Shown here: piece by piece, positions 16,793 to 26,068 of the stretch
Layout: each line of letters begins with the position of its first letter
How positions within the stretch are numbered: the first letter of the stretch is position 1
UHGV virus genome: UHGV-0342847
DNA length: 60,874 nucleotides
Source of the DNA: a virus
Reading direction: 5' to 3' (one strand)
The notes under the pieces: generated by a model
The model's input: the letters and a program-made list of their open reading frames with translations, nothing else
Database searches by the model: none
What the model was told of the DNA's origin: nothing
Position numbers and translations under genes: made by a program

Positions 16793-17653
16793 ATGAATAA
16801 GTCTGAAATGGTACTGGTGCCTCGCTCTTTACTCGACGCAGTGGCTAGCGCGTTAGAAACTGGAAATCCGGTAGCGAAAACGCTGGAATCAGTCAGAGAG
16901 TTTTATCTCGTTGATGGTAGCGAAGAGCAACCAAGCGAGGCAGTAGTAACCCTGCTCGCAATCGCCTCTCAAGTCGGACTGGATCTGTCCGGACTGCTTC
17001 CTGAAGGTGAGCTTTCAACGGTTATCATCAATGCCATTCGTGGTAGTGCTGATGATTTCACAGACGTCAAAACGTTACAGGAATCTGGCAAATTTACTGC
17101 CAGTGCAGACTGGGCATTAGCTGATGACGGAATAGACCTTGAAGCCGCCGACTTCTCTGACGCGCTGATGTGGTTGAAAGAAGGTAAGCGCGTTCGCCGT
17201 TCTGGGTGGAATGCTGGTGGTCAGTGGGCTGAGCGCATCATAAATTCAGGTATTGTTTTCCGTTCAGAGCTAACTGGAGAAACTTACCAAGTTGCTGATA
17301 GCCTGATCCTGAAAAATGCGCAGGGCATCGTTGTGCAGTGGGTTCCTTCCATTGGCGACCTGATGGCTACCGACTGGCAAGTGTATGAAGGACAGTCGGT
17401 ATTCGTTAATAAAACTGCCCAAGTGCCTCTTTCTAGCGAGCTTGTGAAGCTGGAAGCAGATATTCCACCTCACCAGCTGCGCGTGCTGGAAGAGTTGGCC
17501 CAGCTGACTGATCGCCTGGACAAGCTTACGGCATTCTTTGACACAGACGTTTACCGTTCTCTTGATGTTGACGAGCGCGGGCGCCTGAAAGAGCAGTGCG
17601 CGCTGATGGGCGAGCTGCAGCGCGTTCTGGCTGAGAGGGTGGCAGCGTTCTGA
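16793..17653 (+). CDS. DUF2829-domain protein (Tad2-like candidate) with flanking coiled-coil regions
   Basis: FSDALMWLKEGKRVRRSGWNAGGQW...VVQWVPSIGDLMATDWQVYE matches the DUF2829 pattern. Confidence 0.5.
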   Translation: MNKSEMVLVPRSLLDAVASALETGNPVAKTLESVREFYLVDGSEEQPSEAVVTLLAIASQVGLDLSGLLPEGELSTVIINAIRGSADDFTDVKTLQESGKFTASADWALADDGIDLEAADFSDALMWLKEGKRVRRSGWNAGGQWAERIINSGIVFRSELTGETYQVADSLILKNAQGIVVQWVPSIGDLMATDWQVYEGQSVFVNKTAQVPLSSELVKLEADIPPHQLRVLEELAQLTDRLDKLTAFFDTDVYRSLDVDERGRLKEQCALMGELQRVLAERVAAF

Positions 17654-17886
17654 TGAAAACCGAAGTGGGCCGTGAAGCTGTTTGGCAGCACGCAGAAGAA
17701 GCTGACATTCAGGATATGATCCGCAAGGTAGCGTCACACTTCGATATCGCTGATATAGCGATACATACGCCGGGGAAACTTACTTATGTGCATGAGGCTC
17801 CCCGGAAATACACACGCATAAGACCGTTTGAAAGTGACGTTAAGCTTGACGTCGCCACCGGTCAGTTACTGAGGAAAGGAAAGTGA
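17653..17886 (+). CDS. hypothetical protein
   Basis: 77-aa ORF with ATGA overlap to the upstream gene. Confidence 0.35.
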   Translation: MKTEVGREAVWQHAEEADIQDMIRKVASHFDIADIAIHTPGKLTYVHEAPRKYTRIRPFESDVKLDVATGQLLRKGK

Positions 17887-18018
17887 TCGACTGGCTTAAC
17901 TCGCTGTCACCGATTAACGGTCGTCGTATCGCGTTGCTGTTCTGTATTTGTACATGGGCGCTAACAGTTGTGGGTTTAGCGTTTCTGTTTTGAAAACACC
18001 GTTTAAGGAATAAAAACA

Positions 18019-18825
18019 ATGTCCGAAGCAAATATCGCCACCAGCCTGGCTAATGCCATCAATGAGCACTGCCGCCAGTTCGAAGCGTCAGACGAATTTA
18101 GCGAAATGATCATTAAGCACGTTCGCTGCTTGTACGAAAACGCCATTCAGGATGTTTTCCGCTGGGGTAAGTTTCCTGATGCCGTGAAAGAAGCGCTTAA
18201 AGAGGCATTACCCGCCAACATCACAGAAGTGTGTGACCTGCCGCGATACAACCTGCTGCTGGCCCGCACGCTGGATGAGCAGTGGAAAACTAACGCTGTC
18301 AGCGATCGCCTGGTAAATCAGATGCAGGCGCTGGTGAAAGACTTCATCGAACAGGATCAGGTTCCTAAATACATCAAAGCGTCTGACCTGTGGGCAGCGT
18401 ATATCGAAGAACACGAGGAAGAGGCGGCACAGGAAGGATGGGATCGCCCGCAGGTTGTCATTGCTGAGCAAGATGAAGAATGGTTGAAAAACTACTTCCA
18501 GATTGGCCTGGAGAAACAGCCACACGAGACTTCTCGCTGGAGCACATCGCGTGAAAAAACGCACTACTTCCAGTGCGAAACATACCTCTGTTTCCGTAAG
18601 CAAACTACCAGAGAAGACAGAAAAGAAGTTCCGGTGCTGCATGACGGACAGGAAGTCTATTCGCTTTACACGGGGAAGCTTTATGGTAGCGATACCCTTG
18701 GCAAGAAGCCTGTTCAATTCCGTTCCCGGTTCGAGAAGCTCGTTGGCGCGCTGTATTACGGCGATAGCCTGCTGATCCTCGATGCTTCCGACGCAGACGA
18801 TATTTACTACCCGTCAGCGTACTGA
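18019..18825 (+). CDS. hypothetical protein
   Basis: 268 aa, no motif recognised. Confidence 0.4.
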   Translation: MSEANIATSLANAINEHCRQFEASDEFSEMIIKHVRCLYENAIQDVFRWGKFPDAVKEALKEALPANITEVCDLPRYNLLLARTLDEQWKTNAVSDRLVNQMQALVKDFIEQDQVPKYIKASDLWAAYIEEHEEEAAQEGWDRPQVVIAEQDEEWLKNYFQIGLEKQPHETSRWSTSREKTHYFQCETYLCFRKQTTREDRKEVPVLHDGQEVYSLYTGKLYGSDTLGKKPVQFRSRFEKLVGALYYGDSLLILDASDADDIYYPSAY

Positions 18826-19235
18826 TGAAGAGAGTAGCCTTTTACCGCCGGTCGGGTGATCAAAGCACCAAACTAGCGGGACTGAAAGAGCGGGTTGTCT
18901 GGCGTTTATCGAAAGGCCCGGCAACCGGCAGCGAATTAGCGGCGATATTCGATATCACCCGCGTGCAAATGAACAGGATCGCGTCGAAGTGGCACTACCA
19001 CCAGAAGACGGCGCAGATCTCCGCTGGGGAGTGGTTCGACTTACCTGAAGGGGGAAAGGACAGGGTTTATACCCTTGAGAAGGTTAAACGCGTAACGCCG
19101 CAGGGTGAAACGCCGAAATATACACGCAAAACTTTTCTAACCGCCAACGAGGAATCTCGGCGCATTAATACAGAAAAGGCAAAGCGTCGGGCGCGGCTGA
19201 TTAAAGCTGGGCTTTATATACCTGAATTTGATTAA
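18825..19235 (+). CDS. putative winged-helix DNA-binding protein
   Basis: VVWRLSKGPATGSELAAIFDITRVQMNRIASKW. Confidence 0.35.
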   Translation: MKRVAFYRRSGDQSTKLAGLKERVVWRLSKGPATGSELAAIFDITRVQMNRIASKWHYHQKTAQISAGEWFDLPEGGKDRVYTLEKVKRVTPQGETPKYTRKTFLTANEESRRINTEKAKRRARLIKAGLYIPEFD

Positions 19236-19244
19236 GGTCGTTTC

Positions 19245-19433
19245 GTGGAAAAATTATCTGTTCAACGCTGCAAGTGCGGCGGTGAAGCAAAAATAAATAT
19301 GACGGTCGAGAGTGGTGTGCAGCGGTTTTATGTTCGTTGCAATGCCTGCGGCCTGACCAGTTCAACCAACAAATCACCTGTGAAAGTGGTAGACCGCTGG
19401 AACGGGAAAAATGAGGAAAGGACTTGTGAATAA
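19245..19433 (+). CDS. Lar-family restriction-alleviation-like zinc-ribbon protein
   Basis: CKCGGEAKI...YVRCNACGL...VVDRWNGKN pattern (CxxGG...CxxC...WN). Confidence 0.5.
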   Translation: MEKLSVQRCKCGGEAKINMTVESGVQRFYVRCNACGLTSSTNKSPVKVVDRWNGKNEERTCE

Positions 19434-20502
19434 ACCACTGGCTTACATCATCGACCTGGACGGCACGCTGTACGATAACAGTCATCGCCAGCACCTGATA
19501 CCGGCAGACCGCAGCAATACCGCTGGCTGGGTGGAATTTAACTGCGCATGTACCGACGACGTGCTGCGCGAGGATATGGCTGACCTGGTTCGCAGCGTCA
19601 TGCTTTCTGGTCGTGAAGTAATTTTCCTCACCGGCCGCGGTGAGGCAGCTGGCGAACAGACAATGCAGCGTCTGCTGAAAGACTTCAATTTCATTGAGCA
19701 GCCGACGCTGATCATGCGCCCGATGGACTGTCATACATCGGCTGCAGAGTTCAAACGCGATGCTGTAAAGCGCATACGGGATTCTAAACGTTGGGCAGGT
19801 TACGACTTGATCGCGCTGGAAGACGATCCTTCAATCGTGGAGGTGATGCGCGGCATTGGAGTCACCGTTCTGCATATCGATAGCAAGTGCTGCACCGTTG
19901 AGAAACCGCACCACAACGGCATGATGCAGCTTTCCAATGAGCTGGCAGACGCAAAATCAGCGCTGCGCCGCCTTAGCGCGTTTGCGCGTTCCCATGCTGG
20001 CGATATCCAGTACACCGGCGATCACCCTATCGCAGTTGCTGAAAAACTGGCTGGGCAGTCGTTCGGTAATGCCGAACAACTGGATACAGCCCCAGCGCAG
20101 TTCGAGTCACTATCCGGTGATAAATCTGTAAGCCAGCCTTGCAATTTTCCAATTGAAATGACGCCTGAAATGATGCGTGCCGTTCAGATTGGCAGTGAGC
20201 TTGGGGCGTACGCCGCCGCCAACTTGTCTGGTGCGTATGGATTATTTGCTGAGTTTTGGGATGTGGCCTGTCGAGCTGCTGGCAACTCTCCGGTAATTCC
20301 GGATGGTTGGATTAATTGCAGAGAGCGGATGCCAGAGGAAGGTCAGGAAATAATCGTCATGGATGTGACGCGAGGAGAAGTTCAGTCTGGGATGATTTAT
20401 CAAAATGGGCGCTTTGTAGATTTCAATGAAGAATCTTACGAGGTGAAAAGCCCATCGCACTGGATGCCACTGCCAGCAGCACCGCAGCAGGAGGTGGTAT
20501 GA
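19411..20502 (+). CDS. HAD-superfamily phosphatase-like N-domain fused to a C-terminal DUF551 domain
   Basis: YIIDLDGTLYD (HAD motif I). The C-terminus has GWINCRERMPEEGQEIIVMD...SHWMPLPAAP (DUF551). Confidence 0.5.
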   Translation: MRKGLVNKPLAYIIDLDGTLYDNSHRQHLIPADRSNTAGWVEFNCACTDDVLREDMADLVRSVMLSGREVIFLTGRGEAAGEQTMQRLLKDFNFIEQPTLIMRPMDCHTSAAEFKRDAVKRIRDSKRWAGYDLIALEDDPSIVEVMRGIGVTVLHIDSKCCTVEKPHHNGMMQLSNELADAKSALRRLSAFARSHAGDIQYTGDHPIAVAEKLAGQSFGNAEQLDTAPAQFESLSGDKSVSQPCNFPIEMTPEMMRAVQIGSELGAYAAANLSGAYGLFAEFWDVACRAAGNSPVIPDGWINCRERMPEEGQEIIVMDVTRGEVQSGMIYQNGRFVDFNEESYEVKSPSHWMPLPAAPQQEVV

Positions 20503-20584
20503 AGAAAAAATACACTCTGCCAGCAAAAATATTCCTCGCATTTATTTTTGGCGGCAACGCCGTTCTGTTTATCGCTTTTATTGC

Positions 20585-21118
20585 ATGGGCTATCAGGGAG
20601 GCTATGTGAGCTTTTGGAAATTTAGCAGTAAAGAAGCGCTGGCGGCGTGGGATGAGATGGAGCGCCAGGAAGCTGAGCTGAAGAAGCAGGGTGATGAGTT
20701 CTCAGCTCTGTTTGGTGGAAAGCCTGTATATCAGAAAACAGCTTGTGACTGGCGTTTCTACGGCGTGCGCTTCGATGGGCGCGAGTACAACAACCCGGCG
20801 CTGTGGACGAAATCCACCAGCAAGAACGGCTATGCTCAACAGCCACGCGTAAAGGTTCCGGCCGCTCTTAAGCGTGAATCAGAGGCGCTATGGCAGCTGT
20901 GGAATGATCAGCGCCCGCACAAAATCGCAGACCGTGAAGCATTTTATCAGTCCATTGGTATGGACTGGGGGAACCTGCTGTTTTCCGGCTTCGCGATGTT
21001 CCGTCATGGTGACGTGATCTACGTCGAAACAGGGGCTACGCCAAAAGCAGAAGCTGGTGGCGTGGAAATTCTTGGAAGTGAATACGGTGCCGCACGTAAA
21101 GCGGCAGATGGGAAATGA
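20585..21118 (+). CDS. hypothetical protein
   Basis: 177-aa ORF. An alternative start is at 20609. Confidence 0.35.
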   Translation: MGYQGGYVSFWKFSSKEALAAWDEMERQEAELKKQGDEFSALFGGKPVYQKTACDWRFYGVRFDGREYNNPALWTKSTSKNGYAQQPRVKVPAALKRESEALWQLWNDQRPHKIADREAFYQSIGMDWGNLLFSGFAMFRHGDVIYVETGATPKAEAGGVEILGSEYGAARKAADGK

Positions 21119-21468
21119 TGGGATGCGGATACCAAGGGCATGAGTTCGGTGCTCATTACCCAGACAGCATTTGCTGTGATGGATATTTGTGGGATGCCGA
21201 TAGTGGTGGAGAAGGTTATCTCGATCGCGGAGGCGATATTCCGTGCCCAGAGTGCAATCGCAAGGCGTGGATGGCTTACCACCGCGAAGAGATCATTGAA
21301 TGCGGCATGGAAGAATCTGAGCGTAAGCGCGGCCCTCGGACGGTAAAATATGGCGGATATCCGCGCACTGTCCTCGATGACAAAAAGGCTATGCGAACGA
21401 TCCGGCGCTGGTTGCGCCGTGGATGGTACAAGGGCAAGAAGTTCGACGCTGATCAGTACAAGAGCTAA
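21115..21468 (+). CDS. hypothetical Cys-rich protein
   Basis: CCDGYLWD...CPECNRKAW. Confidence 0.35.
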   Translation: MMGCGYQGHEFGAHYPDSICCDGYLWDADSGGEGYLDRGGDIPCPECNRKAWMAYHREEIIECGMEESERKRGPRTVKYGGYPRTVLDDKKAMRTIRRWLRRGWYKGKKFDADQYKS

Positions 21469-21509
21469 TCGGCCGCAAGACACAACAACAACCCATAAGG
21501 GGATATTTA

Positions 21510-21988
21510 TGTCAGAAACTGAAAACAAGTACGCTTTGCAAGCTCTCGTGGAAGCTAAGCGCCATACTCTGCACTCCATGCTGCTTGATATGGCAGGACA
21601 GGCTGGCGTCAAAAATCTAGCAGCAGTGGATACTAATTCGATCGCTGACCTGGTAAACGCTTCATACCGTCGTTTAGAAAACCCTGATATGGGTGAAGTG
21701 TCTGACGGCTACCATACGTTCAATGAGCTTTATGCTCACCGCGTACGCCTGTTTTCTACCCTGATGCGCGCCTATCCTGATAAATCATGGTGGAGCGATA
21801 CCCACCACGACGGCAGCGTGTGGGATGGGTGGATCATCGCTGGCATCGACACACCAGCGGGAACGGCGACGTATCACCTACCGGTGTCTGAGGTTGACCT
21901 GCTGGGGGCTATTCCCCGCCTTGATCGCGGTAAGGAATGGGATGGTCATACCTCCGATGACGTACTGGAGCGCCTGAAGTCTCTTTAA
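21510..21988 (+). CDS. hypothetical protein
   Basis: Start MSETENKY with SD AAGGGGA. No motif recognised. Confidence 0.4.
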
Positions 21989-22079
21989 GTCGGATGGCAG
22001 GGGAGTTCACTGGATTCCCCTTTTCAATCTGTTTCGCTCCTGTTATCGATGTTTCGATTTCAACAACAGGAGCGATCCA

Positions 22080-22283
22080 ATGAAGAAGCGTTATCTCACT
22101 CAGGATGAAGTAGCCGATCGCTACCGTGGACTCATATCGGTGCGAACATTGTGTAATTGGCGCTCCCTTAGAATTGGCCCGCCTTATTGCAAGATCGGTA
22201 AGACAGTTCTCTACGAAGAGGCTGAGCTTGATGCGTGGGATGCGAAGAACACGGTTAAGTGCGCGTCTTCTGTTCGCGATTGA
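22080..22283 (+). CDS. AlpA/excisionase-family HTH protein (putative Xis/regulator)
   Basis: YLTQDEVADRYRGLISVRTLCNWRSLRIGPPYCKIGKTVLYEEAELDAWD. Confidence 0.55.
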   Translation: MKKRYLTQDEVADRYRGLISVRTLCNWRSLRIGPPYCKIGKTVLYEEAELDAWDAKNTVKCASSVRD

Positions 22284-22297
22284 CCGACCACCAGCGG

Positions 22298-22549
22298 CCC
22301 ATGCGCCCGCTATGGAGCAATGTGGAAAAGCAAATTAGCGATACCAACGTCGTTGAAGGCGTGATCGGCACCCTGAAGCGCTACGGCTGGAACGTAGACC
22401 GCAAATCCCTGTCGCCTGTGCTGGTTGTTATCTTGCAGCAACTGAAGGCTCACCGTGACGTCGCTGACGTGATGATCCGCTACCTTCAGGATCCTGAGCT
22501 GCTGGCGATTGATACCGCGCCGGTGAAAAACGATGGCAACCAAAGCTGA
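22298..22549 (+). CDS. hypothetical protein
   Basis: Part of the track ORF 22259-22549. Start uncertain. Confidence 0.3.
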   Translation, partial: PMRPLWSNVEKQISDTNVVEGVIGTLKRYGWNVDRKSLSPVLVVILQQLKAHRDVADVMIRYLQDPELLAIDTAPVKNDGNQS

Positions 22550-22826
22550 GTTACAGCTGCGCGTGGATGCGTTGGAGAATGAAAATCACGATCTCCGGCG
22601 CATGCTTGCCAGGGCAGAGCGCGAGCTGGAAGGCAAGCTGCTGCCGGAAGAGCTTGCACCTGACGGCATGACCAACAGCGTCAAAAAGTGGATGCTCGAA
22701 TACAAACTACCGTGGGAAATATTCTGGTGTGCCGATCACCATCAGTGGATGGATGAGTTGGGCAGCAGCTTCCCATACGATATTTATGCAGAATGCCCCG
22801 GTTGCCGGGGTAAGGACGAGGTGTGA
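22533..22826 (+). CDS. hypothetical coiled-coil/zinc-binding protein
   Basis: LQLRVDALENENHDLRRML...CPGCRGKDEV. Confidence 0.35.
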   Translation: MATKAELQLRVDALENENHDLRRMLARAERELEGKLLPEELAPDGMTNSVKKWMLEYKLPWEIFWCADHHQWMDELGSSFPYDIYAECPGCRGKDEV

Positions 22827-23056
22827 GACATTATTACAAAGCCCGCCAGCGCCTGCATCACTGGCTGCTAATACTCAAACCAGGTCAGTGCATGGAATTT
22901 AGCCCAGCTGATTTTGATATCAAAGCCGAAACAGCGGTGGCTTACGTGGAGGATATTAACCGCCTTCACGTCAATGCCCGCTTCAAAACGTGCAGCACCG
23001 GCAAGGATACGATTGGTGTTCGCCGTCTGGTCGATGCGGGAGTGGCGAATGGTTAA
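22823..23056 (+). CDS. hypothetical protein
   Basis: 77-aa ORF. Confidence 0.3.
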   Translation: MRHYYKARQRLHHWLLILKPGQCMEFSPADFDIKAETAVAYVEDINRLHVNARFKTCSTGKDTIGVRRLVDAGVANG

Positions 23057-23333
23057 GCCAAAAATGATAATGGTTAAGGAGGTATGGTACTGCGGAGAGC
23101 CAAACCGAAAAGCCATTGATGACACATTCGGCAGTGGAGTAACGCCAGTTGGCGCGTGGCGAAAGTGGTACGAATTTACACGCTATGTAGCGATTAGATT
23201 TATACCAACCGCTGTAACTTATAACGTTCTCGGTGGTTCTCGCCTACAGCAAAAATGCAAAGGCATAATCTTTCATGACAGATACCTGTTGAAAGTGGAT
23301 AGCCGCCAGCCTGGCGGTAAGGGGAATATGTGA
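23053..23333 (+). CDS. hypothetical protein
   Basis: In-frame ATG inside the track ORF 22914-23333. Coupled to the downstream HNH gene. Confidence 0.3.
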
Positions 23334-24082
23334 AGCTGAGCAAATCAGCCAGGCAAACCGTTCTGGATAAGTCTGGAGGCCACTGCTGGTACTGCGGCGC
23401 GAACATCGCCAGCACGCGATGGCAGGCTGACCACTTTCACCCGATTGTGCGCTTTAACGATCGCTGCCTGTATCCGCTGCTGGATGCAATTGAGAACATG
23501 GTTCCGGCGTGCGGGCCATGCAACAACTACAAACACAGCATGAGCATCGAGGTGTTCCGCAATAACGTCGCCAGACAGCGGGAGGCTACGCTAAAAGCCA
23601 GCACAGGCCTGCGCCAGCTGCTGCGGCTTGGAAGAGTGGAATTCAGCAGCGATCCTGTTGTGTTCTGGTTTGAGCGCGCCGGACTACAGGCACCGGATAT
23701 GATGGCAATCATGGGCGTCAGTGACGAGGCGAAATCAGTCGAGTGGCACGAAGATCGCACAGAACCCGGATGCTTTTATGCTGATATAAGCGGGCGCATG
23801 GTTACGGTAAGGCGGCTGCGAGACAGCAGTACCAATCTGGCGATCATCACGGGTGCTGACTGGAATCAAATTAGGTTCGAATTTGACGGTGGGCATATGA
23901 AGCTGCTGGCGGCTCAATGGGCAATTGATACCATCGCAAGAGGCTGGGACGGTGCCGACGGTAACGCTGGTGACGGTGTGGGCGCGAACGGGAACATGCG
24001 AGAGGTCGAAGCGCTACCAGTACCAGACCGCAGCACCAGTAAACCCGACTTATCGACTAACGTTATTGAAAAGATTGAGTAA
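23330..24082 (+). CDS. HNH endonuclease
   Basis: HCWYCGANIAS...ADHFHPIV...ENMVPACGPCNNYKH. Confidence 0.75.
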   Translation: MKLSKSARQTVLDKSGGHCWYCGANIASTRWQADHFHPIVRFNDRCLYPLLDAIENMVPACGPCNNYKHSMSIEVFRNNVARQREATLKASTGLRQLLRLGRVEFSSDPVVFWFERAGLQAPDMMAIMGVSDEAKSVEWHEDRTEPGCFYADISGRMVTVRRLRDSSTNLAIITGADWNQIRFEFDGGHMKLLAAQWAIDTIARGWDGADGNAGDGVGANGNMREVEALPVPDRSTSKPDLSTNVIEKIE

Positions 24083-24089
24083 TTTTAAA

Positions 24090-24135
24090 CGGCGTAGGTT
24101 GATCCACAATCACCCTTACGCCATTTTTTAGTTCA
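24090..24135 (+). terminator. rho-independent terminator after the HNH gene
   Basis: GGCGTAGG...CCTTACGCC followed by ATTTTTTA. Confidence 0.45.
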
Positions 24136-24300
24136 CGCTGGTTCACGCTGAAACCCTTTGATTACCGGAGAAAAAGCACGCTATTGACTGGTAGCGGCTT
24201 CCGATCAATAAAACAGCTACGGTTGTCAAACCGATACCAACAACAGCACCAGCTAACACCCCAAAACCACCACCAGCCCATGATGGGCTAAGGACTGAAA

Positions 24301-24960
24301 GTGAGCAAGATAACAAAACAATTGCTGAACGAGATCGAAGAGCGCGCAATCGACGCCGCCAAAATTTACGGCGACACATGGGATAGCTCACTGGTTCAGT
24401 TAGGCCCGGAAAACAACGTTCATGCCATCACGTCAGAAACGACAAATGACGTTGTGGTATCAGCTGCCGACGATAGTCGGGAATCTTCATGGCTGTGCGA
24501 CTACCTGGAGAGCGTCAGCCCTTCTGTAATTGTGGAACTGGTTAAGATTGCCAGCGCAGCTGAAAGACTGGTTCGCTGTAAGGGCCGCTATCACAGTGAG
24601 CAGAACTACCGATCGCTGGCTGCGATATTTGGCGTGACAGCGCCAGACCTACCACCTCTGGAAGGCGAGCAACAGCAAGCGCCATTTTACCCAGATACGT
24701 TACCCTGCCCGGTTCGCCTTGAACCGGGATTGCTCTTCGGTAAAGGCGTCACCACCAGCACCATGCTTGATGCTCTACAGCGTCGTGCAGAATACCACGA
24801 AGAACTGGAGTCCATGACACCGGAGGAACGGGAAGAGCGTGAGAAAAATATCAAGGCATTTAAGGCGGGGTTAGAAACCGGGCAGGCCTTCTCACCATTC
24901 GAAGAGGTGAGCATAGAAGAGCTTCAGCGTCGGTATCCACCAAAACCAGAACAGCAGTAA
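24301..24960 (+). CDS. Ead/Ea22-like acidic protein
   Basis: GTG start with SD AAGGA. Acidic C-terminal half. Confidence 0.4.
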   Translation: MSKITKQLLNEIEERAIDAAKIYGDTWDSSLVQLGPENNVHAITSETTNDVVVSAADDSRESSWLCDYLESVSPSVIVELVKIASAAERLVRCKGRYHSEQNYRSLAAIFGVTAPDLPPLEGEQQQAPFYPDTLPCPVRLEPGLLFGKGVTTSTMLDALQRRAEYHEELESMTPEEREEREKNIKAFKAGLETGQAFSPFEEVSIEELQRRYPPKPEQQ

Positions 24961-24977
24961 CAGCAGGAGACGACCGC

Positions 24978-26039
24978 ATGCCGAGTTTAACAGACGGACA
25001 AATCAAGAACGCGCTGAAGCGTGTAGCCAAAGCGCAGAAACCTGAAACGCTGGTGGACGGCGAAGGGCGCGGCACCGGTCGTCTTGTTCTGATTATCAAA
25101 CCCCAGCCGACGCGAGTGACGTCGGTCTGGTACGCGCAGCAGTGGAACGATGGCAAGCGCAAGCTGAAGAAGATAGGTGATTACCATCATATCTCGCTTG
25201 CTGATGCCAGAGAGCTGTTTACGCGAGATTTCGCAGGAGCCATCAATAAAGGTTCTTCCATTAAGGTGCAGGGTGATACCCGTCCAGGCACCGTGGGGGA
25301 TTTATTCGAAGCCTATGCCGACTGGCTGCGCGATAGCGGCAAGTCCAGCCACAAAGAGGCCCGTAAAGGCCTGAACAAGATAGCCGACGATCTGGGGCGC
25401 AATAAACTGGCCCGTGACGTTGAGCCTGCCGACGTCGTGAACGTTATCCGTCCCATCTTTGAGCGCGGTAAGCGGTCTATGGCTGACCACGTACGCAGTT
25501 ACATTCGCAGCGCCTACAGCTGGGGGATGAAGAGCGAACACGATTACCGCTCCACCAGCCCGCGTCGCTTCATGCTGGTACATAACCCGGCTGCAGGGAT
25601 CCCCACCGAACCGAAAACTGTCGGCACACGCTGGCTGTCAGAAGATGAATGGTGTGACCTGTATTTCTGGCTGGACGTGCCTGACGTGACAATATTCCCC
25701 GGCTACACCCGCGCTATGCAGTTTCTCATGCTCACCGGCCAGCGCGTAGAAGAGATAGCCCGCCTGCACGTTGACCAGTACGACAAAGCGGAAGGCCTGA
25801 TCGACTGGTCGAAGACGAAGAACGGGAGACAGCACTGCATTCCGCTACCGTCGCTGGCGATTGAGCTGCTGGAGCGTATCACGCCAAATGAGCATGGCTG
25901 GTTTTTCCCGTCAGCGATGGACCCAGAGAAGCCAGTAAGCCACGGTTCACTGTACGCGTTCCTGTGGCGGCAGCGTGACCGCGGCATACTGCCAGACAGC
26001 ACTAACCGCGATCTGCGCCGCATTAAGATTGTTGCATAA
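24978..26039 (+). CDS. int: P4-type tyrosine integrase, apparently lacking the C-terminal catalytic-Tyr segment
   Basis: N-terminal arm-binding region (DUF4102-like). Box I MLTGQRVEEIARL, the K hairpin SKTKNGRQH, and FPSAMDPEKPVS. The ORF stops 5 codons after an RDLRR (HDLRR-like) box, with no downstream Tyr. Confidence 0.75.
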   Translation: MPSLTDGQIKNALKRVAKAQKPETLVDGEGRGTGRLVLIIKPQPTRVTSVWYAQQWNDGKRKLKKIGDYHHISLADARELFTRDFAGAINKGSSIKVQGDTRPGTVGDLFEAYADWLRDSGKSSHKEARKGLNKIADDLGRNKLARDVEPADVVNVIRPIFERGKRSMADHVRSYIRSAYSWGMKSEHDYRSTSPRRFMLVHNPAAGIPTEPKTVGTRWLSEDEWCDLYFWLDVPDVTIFPGYTRAMQFLMLTGQRVEEIARLHVDQYDKAEGLIDWSKTKNGRQHCIPLPSLAIELLERITPNEHGWFFPSAMDPEKPVSHGSLYAFLWRQRDRGILPDSTNRDLRRIKIVA

Positions 26040-26042
26040 GGA

Positions 26043-26068
26043 AAGCCCCGTTCTGGGGCTTTATTTTT
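26043..26068 (+). terminator. rho-independent terminator directly after int
   Basis: AAGCCCC-gttct-GGGGCTT then TTTATTTTT. Confidence 0.6.
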
